44,797 nucleotides of DNA, taken from NCBI GenBank assembly GCA_043760065.1, contig JAYUPN010000064.1:1-44797 (forward strand), given 5' to 3'. The DNA is from Rubrivivax sp. (GTDB taxonomy: Bacteria; Pseudomonadota; Gammaproteobacteria; Burkholderiales; Burkholderiaceae_C). Within the stretch, counting starts at the first letter, position 1, and every line of letters begins with the position of its first letter. The position numbers were made by a program, and so were the translations under genes. Shown here piece after piece: positions 7,224 to 18,153 of this stretch. The notes under the pieces were generated by a model that ran no database searches, was not told where the DNA came from, and saw nothing but the letters and a program-made list of their open reading frames with translations.

Positions 7224-9311
7224 ATGAAGACCTGCAACACCTTGTTCCTGCTCGCCGCGCTGGGCCTGCTGGTGCGCGAGGACGCGACCGCGGCCGCGCC
7301 CGACACGAGCGCGTGGAAGTGCTCGGCCTGCCCGTTCCCGAAGGGCGCCACAGGCACCGTCGAAGGGGGTGTCGGTGCGGTCAGCGACGCGTCGGCACGC
7401 TTCGGCAACCAAACCGGCCTGCAACGCGGGGGCGCCCATGCGGTGCTCGGCGGCTCGATCAGCAGCCGCAGCGAGTCCGGTTCTTTTGCCGACCTCTCGG
7501 CCAGCGAGCTGGGCCTGGACTCGCGCAGCCTGAGCGCACGCGGCGGCCAGGAAGGCCTGTACGGGCTGCACATCGGCTACGCAGAACTGCCCCGCCACTT
7601 CTTCGGCGACGCCTTCACGCCCTTTGCCGGCGTCGGCGGCGACACGCTGACCCTGCCCGCAGGATTCCGCTCGGCAGGCACGTCGACGATGCCGCTGGCG
7701 GCCACGCTGCAGCCGGTGGACGTGGGCTACAGGTACAGCCGGCTCGATCTGGGCGGCAGCTGGATCGCGCTGCAGAACTGGACCTTGCGCGCCGGCTTCA
7801 GGCGCGACGTGCGCGACGGCACGCGGTCGGTCTACGGAGCCTTGTTCACCGGCGCTTCGCAGTTGGTCGCGCCGGTTGACCAAGTGACCGATCAGCTCGA
7901 GGTCTCCGCAGCCTACACCACGCGAGAGTGGCAGGTTTCGCTGGGCTACCTGGTGTCGCGCTTTGACGGTGGCCCGCGCGCGCTGACCTGGGACAGCCCG
8001 TTCCTGCCCGTGGTGCCCGGTGCAGACCGTGGCCAGCTCGCAGCCGCCCCCGACAACCAGCTGCACCAGGTCACCGGGTCGGCCGGCTGGACGATCAGCC
8101 CCACGGTGCGCGCCAGCGCCGACTTCGCCCTCGGCCGCCTGACGCAGAACGCGAGCTACCTGGACCCGACGCTGAACAGCTCGCTGGCGGCGCGCGTGCC
8201 ACCGCTGCCCGCAGGCTCGCTCGACGGCCGCATCGTGACCTTCAACGGCAACGCCAGGTTGTCGATGTCGCCGCTGCCTAACCTGCGGCTGCAGGCCGTC
8301 TATGCGCGCGATGTGCGCGACAACCAGACCGACCGGTTGACGTACCCCACGGTCACCACCGACATCTTCCTCGATCCGGTGCCGCGGACCAACACGCCGT
8401 TCAGCCTGACCCAGGACCGCTTCAAGCTCAGCGCCGACTACCGCGGCCTTGCAGCCGTCAAGCTCAGCGCCGGCGCCGAGCAGGACAACCGGCTGCGCAA
8501 CTTCCACGAGGCGCTGACGACGCGCGAGACCTCGGTCTGGGCGCGCGCCACGCTGCAGCCCCGCGACGACCTCTCGCTGGCGCTGAAGGCCACCACCGCC
8601 CGCCGCGAGCACACGAGCTACGGCACCGCGATCTGGTTCGGCGCGCCGGAGAACCCGCTGCTGCGCAAGTACAACCTCGCCCGCCGCCAGCGTGACACCG
8701 CCGGCGTGCGCGCCGACTACACCGTCAACGACAAGATCAGCGTCGGGCTGACAGTCGACTACGCCAACGACGCCTACGATCAATCACTCGTCGGCCTGCG
8801 CGGCGCACGCAGCGTCAACGGGGGCCTGGACGTGTCGGCCGCGCTGAGCGAACAGACGCAGATCAACCTCTTCGCGCAGGGCGAGCGCATCCGCTCGCAC
8901 CAGGGCAGCAGCGCCGGCGGCACCAGCGCCGACTGGAGCGCACAGAACAAGGACCGCTTCGACGTGCTGGGCCTGGGCATCAAGCACACGCTGATGGCCG
9001 GCAAGCTCGATCTCAGTGCCGACGTGTCGGTGGCGCGCTCGCGCAGCGACGTCAACTTCGACACCGGATTCACCGAGCCGCTGTTCCCGTCCGCCAAGAC
9101 GTCGCTGGACAGCGTGAAGCTGCACGCCAGCTACAAGCTGCAGGACAACCTGTGGCTGCTCGGCAGCTTCTGGCACGAGCGCTACACCTCGCAGGACTGG
9201 CGCCTGGACGGCGTGCTGCCGGCCACGGTGCAGAACCTGCTGTCCCTGGGCTCGCAGCCGGCGCAGTACACGGTCGACGTCGTGCGCTTCTCGCTGCGCT
9301 ACCGCTTCTAG
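7224..9311 (+). CDS. mtrB: MtrB/PioB-family outer-membrane beta-barrel porin
   Basis: Signal peptide; N-terminal WKCSACP CXXC typical of MtrB; PDNQ.HQ and ENPLLRKYNLA.R.R motifs; C-terminal YRF; follows mtrA. Confidence 0.93.
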   Translation: MKTCNTLFLLAALGLLVREDATAAAPDTSAWKCSACPFPKGATGTVEGGVGAVSDASARFGNQTGLQRGGAHAVLGGSISSRSESGSFADLSASELGLDSRSLSARGGQEGLYGLHIGYAELPRHFFGDAFTPFAGVGGDTLTLPAGFRSAGTSTMPLAATLQPVDVGYRYSRLDLGGSWIALQNWTLRAGFRRDVRDGTRSVYGALFTGASQLVAPVDQVTDQLEVSAAYTTREWQVSLGYLVSRFDGGPRALTWDSPFLPVVPGADRGQLAAAPDNQLHQVTGSAGWTISPTVRASADFALGRLTQNASYLDPTLNSSLAARVPPLPAGSLDGRIVTFNGNARLSMSPLPNLRLQAVYARDVRDNQTDRLTYPTVTTDIFLDPVPRTNTPFSLTQDRFKLSADYRGLAAVKLSAGAEQDNRLRNFHEALTTRETSVWARATLQPRDDLSLALKATTARREHTSYGTAIWFGAPENPLLRKYNLARRQRDTAGVRADYTVNDKISVGLTVDYANDAYDQSLVGLRGARSVNGGLDVSAALSEQTQINLFAQGERIRSHQGSSAGGTSADWSAQNKDRFDVLGLGIKHTLMAGKLDLSADVSVARSRSDVNFDTGFTEPLFPSAKTSLDSVKLHASYKLQDNLWLLGSFWHERYTSQDWRLDGVLPATVQNLLSLGSQPAQYTVDVVRFSLRYRF

Positions 9312-9387
9312 CAGGGCAGGCCTGGCGTCACCGGGCCGTGCGAGCTGCCATCGCCCCGCAATTTCGCAGTCGCACTTCAGCGCCGAA

Positions 9388-9429
9388 TTGATCTGCGGCA
9401 AGCGCAACAGCTGACGGCCGAACTAAGCT
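9388..9429 (+). promoter_or_regulatory. Class II FNR-type promoter for the nuo operon
   Basis: TTGAT-CTGC-GGCAA (9388-9401), 22-nt spacer, -10 TAAGCT (9424-9429). Confidence 0.72.
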
Positions 9430-9580
9430 GCTTGCACAAGGCAGCGCGACACCGGTCACTGCCGCCCACGACGGATCAACCAGCCGACCCCTCGATGCGC
9501 TCCGAGACCCCACTCGCCACGGGCGCCGCCAGAGGCATCGGCGTCGCCGCAGAGCCGCACCACGCCATCGGGGCTCGCGC

Positions 9581-9946
9581 GTGAGTCCCTACGTCGTGTT
9601 CCTGATGTACCTGGGCGCGATCCTGGGCTTCGTGGCGCTGACGCTGCTGCTCAACAGCCTGCTCGGACCCAAGCCCGTGGCCACGGCGACCAAGCTCGAG
9701 CCCTTCGAGTGCGGCGCCACGCCGGTCACCACGCTCAATGTCAAGGCGGTGCCGATCAAGTACTACGCGCTGGCCATCGTCTTCATCCTGTTCGACCTGG
9801 AGACGGTGTTCCTGTTCATCTGGGCGCTGGCCGCGCAGCCGCTGACCACGCCGTTGCTGCTGACCTTCCTGGCCTTCATGTTCCTGCTGGTGCTGATCGT
9901 GCTGTACGTCTACAAGGCGCGGCTGGTCGAAGCGGTTACGGAGTAG
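9581..9946 (+). CDS. nuoA: NADH-quinone oxidoreductase subunit A
   Basis: GTG start; K.EPFECG, YY..AIVFILFDLET.FL..WA; three TM helices. Confidence 0.93.
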   Translation: MSPYVVFLMYLGAILGFVALTLLLNSLLGPKPVATATKLEPFECGATPVTTLNVKAVPIKYYALAIVFILFDLETVFLFIWALAAQPLTTPLLLTFLAFMFLLVLIVLYVYKARLVEAVTE

Positions 9947-10033
9947 AGATGAAACAGCCCCCAAGCTCACTTCGTTCGCTGCCCCCCAGGGGGGCGCTCA
10001 GCACCTTCGGAACGGCCGGGCGGTGCTGAGATG
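9946..10033 (+). repeat. Palindromic repeat element copy 1 (REP/MITE-like) containing mini-ORF 9949-10029 MKQPPSSLRSLPPRGALSTFGTAGRC
   Basis: Core CCCCCAAGCTCACTTCGTTCGCTGCCCCCCAGGGGGGCGC nearly identical to 42236-42275; stem CTCAGCACC/GGTGCTGAG; flanked by direct repeat GAGATG (9946-9951, 10028-10033). Confidence 0.8.
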
Positions 10034-10549
10034 TACGCCCGCACCATCCCCATCGTGCCCGCCGACCACAGCAAGGACGGCGCCTTCGAGATGCTGACCA
10101 CGCGCAAGGACGAGTTGATCGGCTGGGCGCGCAAGTTCTCGATCTTCCCCTACCCCTTCGTCACCGCGTGCTGCGCGATGGAGTTCATGGCCGTCAGCGC
10201 CACGCCCTACGACACCGACCGCTTCGGCGCGGCGCTGCCGCGCTTCTCGCCCCGACAGGCCGACCTGCTGATGGTCGTGGGCACGGTCACGCACAAGCAG
10301 GCACCGGTGCTGCTGCGGGTCTACGAGCAGATGTGCGAGCCCAAGTGGGTGATGGCCTTCGGCGTCTGCGCCACCAGCGGCGGCTTCTACCAGAACTATG
10401 CCGCGCTGCCGGGCATCGACCGCATCATCCCGGTCGACATCTACATCCCCGGCTGCCCGCCACGGCCCGAGATGGTGATCGACGGCATCATGCAGCTGCA
10501 GGACAAGATCGCGCGCTCGAGCCACCCGATCCTGACGGCGAAGTTCTGA
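10031..10549 (+). CDS. nuoB: NADH-quinone oxidoreductase subunit B
   Basis: TACCAMEF, R.SPRQADL, YEQM.EPKWV, PVDIYIPGCPPRPE. Confidence 0.95.
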   Translation: MYARTIPIVPADHSKDGAFEMLTTRKDELIGWARKFSIFPYPFVTACCAMEFMAVSATPYDTDRFGAALPRFSPRQADLLMVVGTVTHKQAPVLLRVYEQMCEPKWVMAFGVCATSGGFYQNYAALPGIDRIIPVDIYIPGCPPRPEMVIDGIMQLQDKIARSSHPILTAKF

Positions 10550-10551
10550 GC

Positions 10552-11037
10552 ATGGACAGCGGCATCTTCGGCACCCTGCATACGCAACTGGTCCCCGCCG
10601 CCGGGCCGGCGGTGGTGTCGCACGGCGTGCTGGTGTTCCGGCTCGACCCGGCCGAGTTGCTGCCGACTGCGCAGCGCCTGCAGACCGCATTCACCTTCGA
10701 CATGCTGCTGGACGTGACCGCCGTCGACTGGCTGGGCCAGACGCCGCGCTTCGAGGTCGTGCACCACTTCTACAGCACCACCCACAAGCAGCGCGTGCGG
10801 CTGAAGACCCGCGTGCCGCAGGCAGCCCCCGCGGACGAACCCCTGGTCGACAGCCTGGTGGCGCTGTACGGCTCGGCGGCGTTCATGGAACGCGAGTGCC
10901 ACGACATGTACGGCATCGTCTTCCGCGGCAATCACGACCTGCGGCCGATCCTGCTCTACGAAGGCTTCAAGGGCCACCCGCTGCGCAAGGACTACCCCAA
11001 GCAGCAGGAACAGCCGCTGGTGCCGTACCGCAACTGA
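10552..11037 (+). CDS. nuoC: NADH-quinone oxidoreductase subunit C
   Basis: LLDVTAVD, RFEVV, ERECHDMYGI.F.G, GHPLRKDYP. Confidence 0.93.
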   Translation: MDSGIFGTLHTQLVPAAGPAVVSHGVLVFRLDPAELLPTAQRLQTAFTFDMLLDVTAVDWLGQTPRFEVVHHFYSTTHKQRVRLKTRVPQAAPADEPLVDSLVALYGSAAFMERECHDMYGIVFRGNHDLRPILLYEGFKGHPLRKDYPKQQEQPLVPYRN

Positions 11038-11048
11038 AGACCCGCGCC

Positions 11049-12326
11049 ATGGACACCCGCACCCGCCCCAACCCCGGCCCGGCCGCCCCGAACGCGAACC
11101 CGCGCCCGATCGCCAACCCGGTGCGCTCGATCTTCGAGAGCAGCCCGCGCGAAGACTCGGTCATCGTCAACATCGGCCCCAGCCACCCGGCCACGCACGG
11201 CACGGTGCAGATCATCGCCGAGCTCGACGGCGAACGTGTGCTGCGCACCGACGTGCACTGCGGCTACCTGCACCGCGGCTTCGAGAAGGAGTGCGAGGAC
11301 CACACCTGGCACAACCTGATCCCGTACGTCGACCGGCTGAATTACGTCTCGGCGCTGATCAACGACTTCACTTACTGCGCCGCCGTCGAGCAGCTGATGG
11401 ACGTGCAGATCACGCGCCGCTGCACGCTGCTGCGCACGATGCTGTCGGAGTACTCGCGCCTGGTCGACCACCTGACCTGCCTGGCCGCGGGGCTGATGGA
11501 GATGGGCGCGATGACCGCCTTCCTGTACCTGGTCATGGTGCGCGATTTCATGTACGAACACCTGGCGGCGCTGACCGGCGCGCGCGTGACTTACAGCTAC
11601 GGCCGCATCGGCGGATTGGCGCGCGACCTGCCCGAGGGCTGGCTCGCGCGGCTGGAGCAGATCCTGCTGCAGTACGAGGAGTTCATCGCCCGCGTGCACG
11701 CGCTGGTCGACCGCAACCGGATCTTCATCGACCGCCTGCGCAACGTCGGCGTGATCAGCACCACCGACGCGTTGAGCTACGGCTACACCGGCGTCATCCT
11801 GCGCAGCACCGGCGTGCCGCGCGACCTGCGCAAGGACACGCCCTACCTGGCCTACGCCGAGCTGGACTTCGATGTCCCGGTGGGCATCAAGGGCGACAAC
11901 TACGACCGCTACTTCGTGCGCATGCGCGAGATGGACGAGTCGGTCTACATGATGCGGCAGCTCGCCGAGATGCTGCAGTCGCCAGACGGCACCGGGCCCA
12001 TCAACGTCGACGACCGGCGCTGCACATTCCCCGACAAGGCCCTGGTCTACAGGGAGATCGAGTCGCTGATCAACCACTTCAAGCTCGTCATCGACGGCCC
12101 CAGGGTGCCCGCCGGCGAGGTCTACCTCGCGCACGAGGCACCCAACGGCGAGCTGGGCTTCTACCTCGTCAGCACCGGCGCCGGCGTGCCCTACAAGGTG
12201 CACTGCAGGGCGCCGAGCTTCGTGCACATGGGCGGCGCGCACCTGATGATGAACGGCGGGCAACTGGCCGACATCGTGCCCACCTTCGGCTCGATCAACA
12301 TGATCGGCGGCGAATGTGATCGATGA
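11049..12326 (+). CDS. nuoD: NADH-quinone oxidoreductase subunit D
   Basis: NIGPSHPATHG, GYLHRGFEK, DRLNY, EAPNGELG, C-terminal GECDR; no Ni-binding CxxC pairs. Confidence 0.93.
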   Translation: MDTRTRPNPGPAAPNANPRPIANPVRSIFESSPREDSVIVNIGPSHPATHGTVQIIAELDGERVLRTDVHCGYLHRGFEKECEDHTWHNLIPYVDRLNYVSALINDFTYCAAVEQLMDVQITRRCTLLRTMLSEYSRLVDHLTCLAAGLMEMGAMTAFLYLVMVRDFMYEHLAALTGARVTYSYGRIGGLARDLPEGWLARLEQILLQYEEFIARVHALVDRNRIFIDRLRNVGVISTTDALSYGYTGVILRSTGVPRDLRKDTPYLAYAELDFDVPVGIKGDNYDRYFVRMREMDESVYMMRQLAEMLQSPDGTGPINVDDRRCTFPDKALVYREIESLINHFKLVIDGPRVPAGEVYLAHEAPNGELGFYLVSTGAGVPYKVHCRAPSFVHMGGAHLMMNGGQLADIVPTFGSINMIGGECDR

Positions 12327-12333
12327 GCGAGCG

Positions 12334-12801
12334 ATGAAGCACCTGATCCCCGAGTTCGAGCGCATGCGCCAGCGCTTCCCGGCCGAAGCCACGTCGTCGA
12401 TGGTGCTGCCGTGCCTGCGCCGCATCCAGGAAGACCGCGGCTTCGTCGCCGACGGCGACATCGCCGACCTCAGCATCTACCTGGGCGTGCCGCGCATCCA
12501 GGTCGAGGAGGTGCTGGCGCACTACACCCAGTTCAGGCGCGCGCCGATCGGCCGCTGGCACCTGCAGGCCTGCCGCAACCTGAGCTGTTCGATGCGCGGC
12601 GCCGAAGGCGTCATCGGCCACCTCTGCCGCAAGCTCGGCGTCGAGCCCGGGCAGACGACAGCCGACGGCCGCTTCACGCTCAGCACCGTCGAGTGCCTGG
12701 GCTCGTGCGGCACCGCTCCGGTGGTGATGGTCAACGACGCGTACCACGAGAACATGAGCGCCGAGCGGCTGGACGCCTTGATCGAGGGGCTGCCGAAATG
12801 A
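12334..12801 (+). CDS. nuoE: NADH-quinone oxidoreductase subunit E
   Basis: CRNLSC...ECLGSC [2Fe-2S] motif; T.DGRFTL; alternative GTG start at 12316. Confidence 0.92.
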   Translation: MKHLIPEFERMRQRFPAEATSSMVLPCLRRIQEDRGFVADGDIADLSIYLGVPRIQVEEVLAHYTQFRRAPIGRWHLQACRNLSCSMRGAEGVIGHLCRKLGVEPGQTTADGRFTLSTVECLGSCGTAPVVMVNDAYHENMSAERLDALIEGLPK

Positions 12802-14109
12802 CGGGCCGCAAGCGCATCATGACCTTCCCGGTCACTGCCACCTCGCACACCTTGGCGGACTACAAGGCCCGCGGCGGCTACGCGACGCTGGACAAGGTGC
12901 TGCGTGAGATGCGTCCGGAGCAGGTGAGCAAGGAGGTCGCCGCCTCCGGCATCCTGGGCCACGGCGGCGCTGCCTTCCCGGCCGGCCGCAAGTGGGGCGT
13001 CATCAAGCTCAAGGACGAGCAGCCGCACTACCTGTGCGCCAACGCCGACGAGGGCGAACCGGGCACCTTCAAGGACCGCTGGATCCTGGAGAACGCGCCG
13101 CACCTGCTGCTGGAATCGATGCTGCTCGCCGCCTATGCGCTGCAGGTGCGCCACGCCTTCGTCTACATCCGCGGCGAGTTCGACCTGCCCTACCGGCGGC
13201 TGGCAGCGGCGGTGGAAGAGGCCTACGAGGCTGGCTACTTCGGCCGGCCCATCGCCGGCAGCGACTTCGCCTGCGACCTCGTCGTCTACCGCGGCGCGGG
13301 CAGTTATGTCTGCGGCGAGGCCTCGGCGCTGATCACCTCGATCGAAGGCAAGAAAGGCTACCCGCGCAACCGGCCGCCGCGCCTGACGGTGCGCGGCCTG
13401 TACCAGCGGCCGACCGTGATCAACAACGTCGAGACGCTGGCCAACGTGACCGAGATCGTGGCCCGCGGCGGCGAGGCCTTCCGCCAGGTCGGCACGCCCA
13501 AGAGCCCGGGCACGCAGCTGGTGTCGATCTCGGGCCACGTGCAGCGGCCGGGCGTCTACGAGGTCGAGTACGGCTACCCCTTGACGAAGTTCATTCACGA
13601 GGACTGCGGCGGCGTGCTCGGCGGCGCGCAGCTCAAGTGCATCGTGCCGGGCGGCATCTCGACCAAGGTGCTGACCGCCGCCGAGATCGAGCACCTGAGC
13701 TACGACCACGCATCGCTGACGGCCGCCGGCTCGGGTGTCGGCTCGGGCGGCATGGTGGTGATCGCCGAAGGAACCTGCATGGTGCGGCTGCTGCAGATCC
13801 TGCTGCGCTTCTACCACCACGAGAGCTGCGGCCAGTGCACGCCGTGCCGCGAAGGCATGGGCTGGATGCACCGCATCATCGACCGCATCGTCGCCGGCCA
13901 GGGCCGGCCCGAGGACATCGAGCAGCTGGCCCGCATCAGCCGGGCCAACGACGGCACCACCATCTGCGGCATGGGCGACGCCGCGGGCTATGCAACGCTG
14001 GGCATCCTGGCCAAGTACCGCGACGAGTTCGAGTACTTCATCGAGCACCGGCGTTCACGGCTGGACGGCCGCATCGAAGTCGCGACGCAGCCGGCAGCCG
14101 AGGTGGTCC

Positions 14110-14117
<8 letters not shown>
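12798..14117 (+). CDS. nuoF: NADH-quinone oxidoreductase subunit F
   Basis: NADEGEPGTFKDR, GAGSYVCGE.SAL..SIEG, INNVETL, HESCGQCTPCREG, TICGMG; ATGA overlap with nuoE. Confidence 0.94.
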
Positions 14118-15581
<1,464 letters not shown>

Positions 15582-15585
<4 letters not shown>

Positions 15586-16730
15586 AGCAGGACCTGCTGA
15601 TCGCCGTCGTCTACATCGCCTACGCGGTGGGCATGCTGATGTCGTTCGGCACCGTGCTGACGTGGGTCGAGCGCAAGCAGGCGGCGGTGATGTCCGACCG
15701 CATCGGCGCCAATCGCGCCTACATCCGGCTGCCGTACACGCAGATCAAGCTGATCTGGCTGGGCCTGTTCCACGGCATCGCCGACGGCATCAAGATGCTG
15801 GTCAAGGAAGACTTCAAGCCGCGTAGCTATGACCGCCTGGCCTACGCGGCGGCGCCGTGGGTGGTCTTCACGCCGGTGCTGCTGGTGTTTGCGGTGGTGC
15901 CCTTCGGCGGTGTGCTCGACCCGGGGCGGCTGTTCCCGTCGCTGGCCGGCTGGTTCGAAGGCCGCACCTACCCGATGCAGATCGCGCGGCTGGATGCCGG
16001 GCTGCTGGTGGTCTTCGCCTTCAGCGGCCTGACGATCATCGGCACCATGCTGGCGGGCTGGGCCTCGGCCAACAAGTTCTCGCTGCTCGGCGGCCTGCGC
16101 GCCGGCTCGCAGATGATCTCCTACGAGCTCGTCATGGGCCTGACCGTGCTGGGCCTGATCCTGGTCTTCGGCACTGTCGACCTCGACAGCATGGTGCGAC
16201 AGCAGTCGGGCATCGCGCTCGGGTTCCTGCCGGCCTGGGGCGTCGTCTACCAGCCCTTCGCCGCGGTGCTGTTCCTGACCGCAGCCATCGCCGAGAACAA
16301 GCGCATTCCCTTCGACCTGCCCGAGGCCGAGTCCGAACTCATCGCCGGCTACTACACCGAGTACAGCGCGATGAAGATGGGCCTGTTCATGTTCGCCGAG
16401 TTCATCGAAATCGCGATCATCGGCGCACTGTTCACGACGCTGTTCCTGGGCGGCTACAACCTGCCGTACATGAACGACCAGGGCTTCACCTGGCCCGGCG
16501 GCAGCACGTGGGCGATGAGCCACGGCGCCGTCGTGGTGACGCAGCTGGTGGTGTTCCTGCTCAAGGTGCTGGTGGTGTGCAGCTTCCAGATCCTGATCCG
16601 CTGGAGCCTGCCGCGCTTTCGCTACGACCAGCTGCTGGCCTTCGCCTGGAAGTTTCTGCTGCCGCTGGCGCTGGCCAACCTGACGCTGACCGCACTGCTG
16701 GTCTGGTCGCACCAGGCAGGAGGCGGCTGA
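15582..16730 (+). CDS. nuoH: NADH-quinone oxidoreductase subunit H
   Basis: ERK.AA.M.DRIG.N, ADGIKM..KED, QMISYE, R.PFDLPEAESEL..GY.TEYS, RWSLPRFRYDQL. Confidence 0.95.
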
Positions 16731-17332
16731 TGGTCACGCGCACCGTCAAGTACAAGCGCAAGACGTACTGGAACGAGCCCGAGCTGACGGGCTGGGAAAG
16801 CGCCTATCTGCCCGAGATCCTGCGCGGCCTGGCCGTCACCAGCGGTGTCTTCCTGCGCAACATGGGGCGCTGGATGACGGGCCGCAAAGGCGCGCTGACG
16901 ACCTACTACCCCGAAGAAACGCGTGCCGACTATGCGCCGGCCAACCGCGGCAAGCACGTGCTGACGCAGCGGCCCGACGGCAAGCCGCAGTGCATCGCGT
17001 GCAACATGTGCGCCACCGTGTGCCCGGCCAAGGTGATCGAGATCGAGGCCGGCTTCGATGTCAACGACGCCGCGCACCCCAAGTTCCCGATCCGCTTCGA
17101 GATCGACTACTCGCGTTGCGTCTTCTGCGGCCTGTGCGTCGAGGCCTGCCCCGAGGACGCCATCCGCATGGCCAAGGAAGTGCCGGGGCTGCCCTCCGAC
17201 GACCGCCACCAGATGTGGCTGACGATGGAAGAGATGCTGAGCTGGCAGCCGCAGCGCGACGTCGCCAAGCCTTACCCGGCAGGGCCGGTGGGTGCCCCGG
17301 CCGCCGGCAGCGGCATGAAGGGCTTGCCATGA
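16730..17332 (+). CDS. nuoI: NADH-quinone oxidoreductase subunit I
   Basis: T.YYPEE, RGKH.L, CIACNMCATVCP and CVFCGLCVEACP. Confidence 0.93.
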   Translation: MVTRTVKYKRKTYWNEPELTGWESAYLPEILRGLAVTSGVFLRNMGRWMTGRKGALTTYYPEETRADYAPANRGKHVLTQRPDGKPQCIACNMCATVCPAKVIEIEAGFDVNDAAHPKFPIRFEIDYSRCVFCGLCVEACPEDAIRMAKEVPGLPSDDRHQMWLTMEEMLSWQPQRDVAKPYPAGPVGAPAAGSGMKGLP

Positions 17333-17853
17333 TCGAGAACGTGCTGCTGGTGCTGTTTGGCCTGGGCGCGCTGGCCGGCGCGGGCGCGATGCTGGTGCTG
17401 CGCCAGCCGATGCGCGTGGCGATGGCGCTGATCTGGACGATGGTCCTGCTGGGCGCGATCTACGGCCTGCTGGGCGTGCACTTCATCGCCGCCTTCCAGG
17501 TGCTGATCTACGTCGGCGCGGTGATGGTCTTCATGGTCTACGTGATCATGCTGCTGGAGATGCGCGAAGAGCAGGCGCCGCGCTACTCCCGGCTGCTGCT
17601 GCCCGGCGTGGTGGGCTTCGTGCTGCTGCTGGGTGCACTGGGTGTTGGCGTCTGGCGCAGTCTGCCGACGGCAGCCGCAAGCAGCGCCGGCAGCGCGCAG
17701 TTCGGCATCCGCGAGTTCTCGGTCAGCTTCCTGCAGACCTACTGGCTGCACTTCGAGCTGACCACCGTGCTGCTGCTGGCCGCCGTGGTGGCCGCGCTGG
17801 CCGTCATCCGTGTGCACCGCCGCGCCAGGCAGCAACAGGATGGCCATGGATAA
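17329..17853 (+). CDS. nuoJ: NADH-quinone oxidoreductase subunit J
   Basis: FIAAFQVLIYVGAVMV.MVYVIMLL, Y.LHFEL..VLLL. Confidence 0.92.
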   Translation: MIENVLLVLFGLGALAGAGAMLVLRQPMRVAMALIWTMVLLGAIYGLLGVHFIAAFQVLIYVGAVMVFMVYVIMLLEMREEQAPRYSRLLLPGVVGFVLLLGALGVGVWRSLPTAAASSAGSAQFGIREFSVSFLQTYWLHFELTTVLLLAAVVAALAVIRVHRRARQQQDGHG

Positions 17854-18148
17854 GACCCAACTCCTGCTCGGCCTGGCGCTGGCGCTGTTTGCGCTCGGGC
17901 TGCTGGGCGTGATCGTGCGCCGCAACGTGCTGGTGATGCTGATGTGCATGGAGCTCATGCTCAATGGCGTCAACCTGAGCCTGGTCACCTTCTCGCAGGC
18001 CAGCGGCAGCACGGCGGGCGCGGTGCTGGTGTTCCTGGTCTTCGTCGTCGCCACGGCCGAGATCGCGCTGGCGATCCCGATCGTGCTGCTGCTGGTGCGC
18101 GCCAAGCGCACGCTGGACCTGGGCGCCTACGGCGAACTCAAAGGTTAG
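17846..18148 (+). CDS. nuoK: NADH-quinone oxidoreductase subunit K
   Basis: G.LGVIVRRN.LVMLMCMELMLNGVNL, VATAEIA; AGGA RBS. Confidence 0.93.
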   Translation: MDKTQLLLGLALALFALGLLGVIVRRNVLVMLMCMELMLNGVNLSLVTFSQASGSTAGAVLVFLVFVVATAEIALAIPIVLLLVRAKRTLDLGAYGELKG

Positions 18149-18153
18149 TTCCC

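Noticed and set aside
11049-12326. Group 4 [NiFe]-hydrogenase large subunit reading of the divergent NuoD (C-terminal ECDR)
   Set aside because: No RxCxxC or DPCxxC Ni-binding motifs, no maturation genes, and a complete nuoA-N context.
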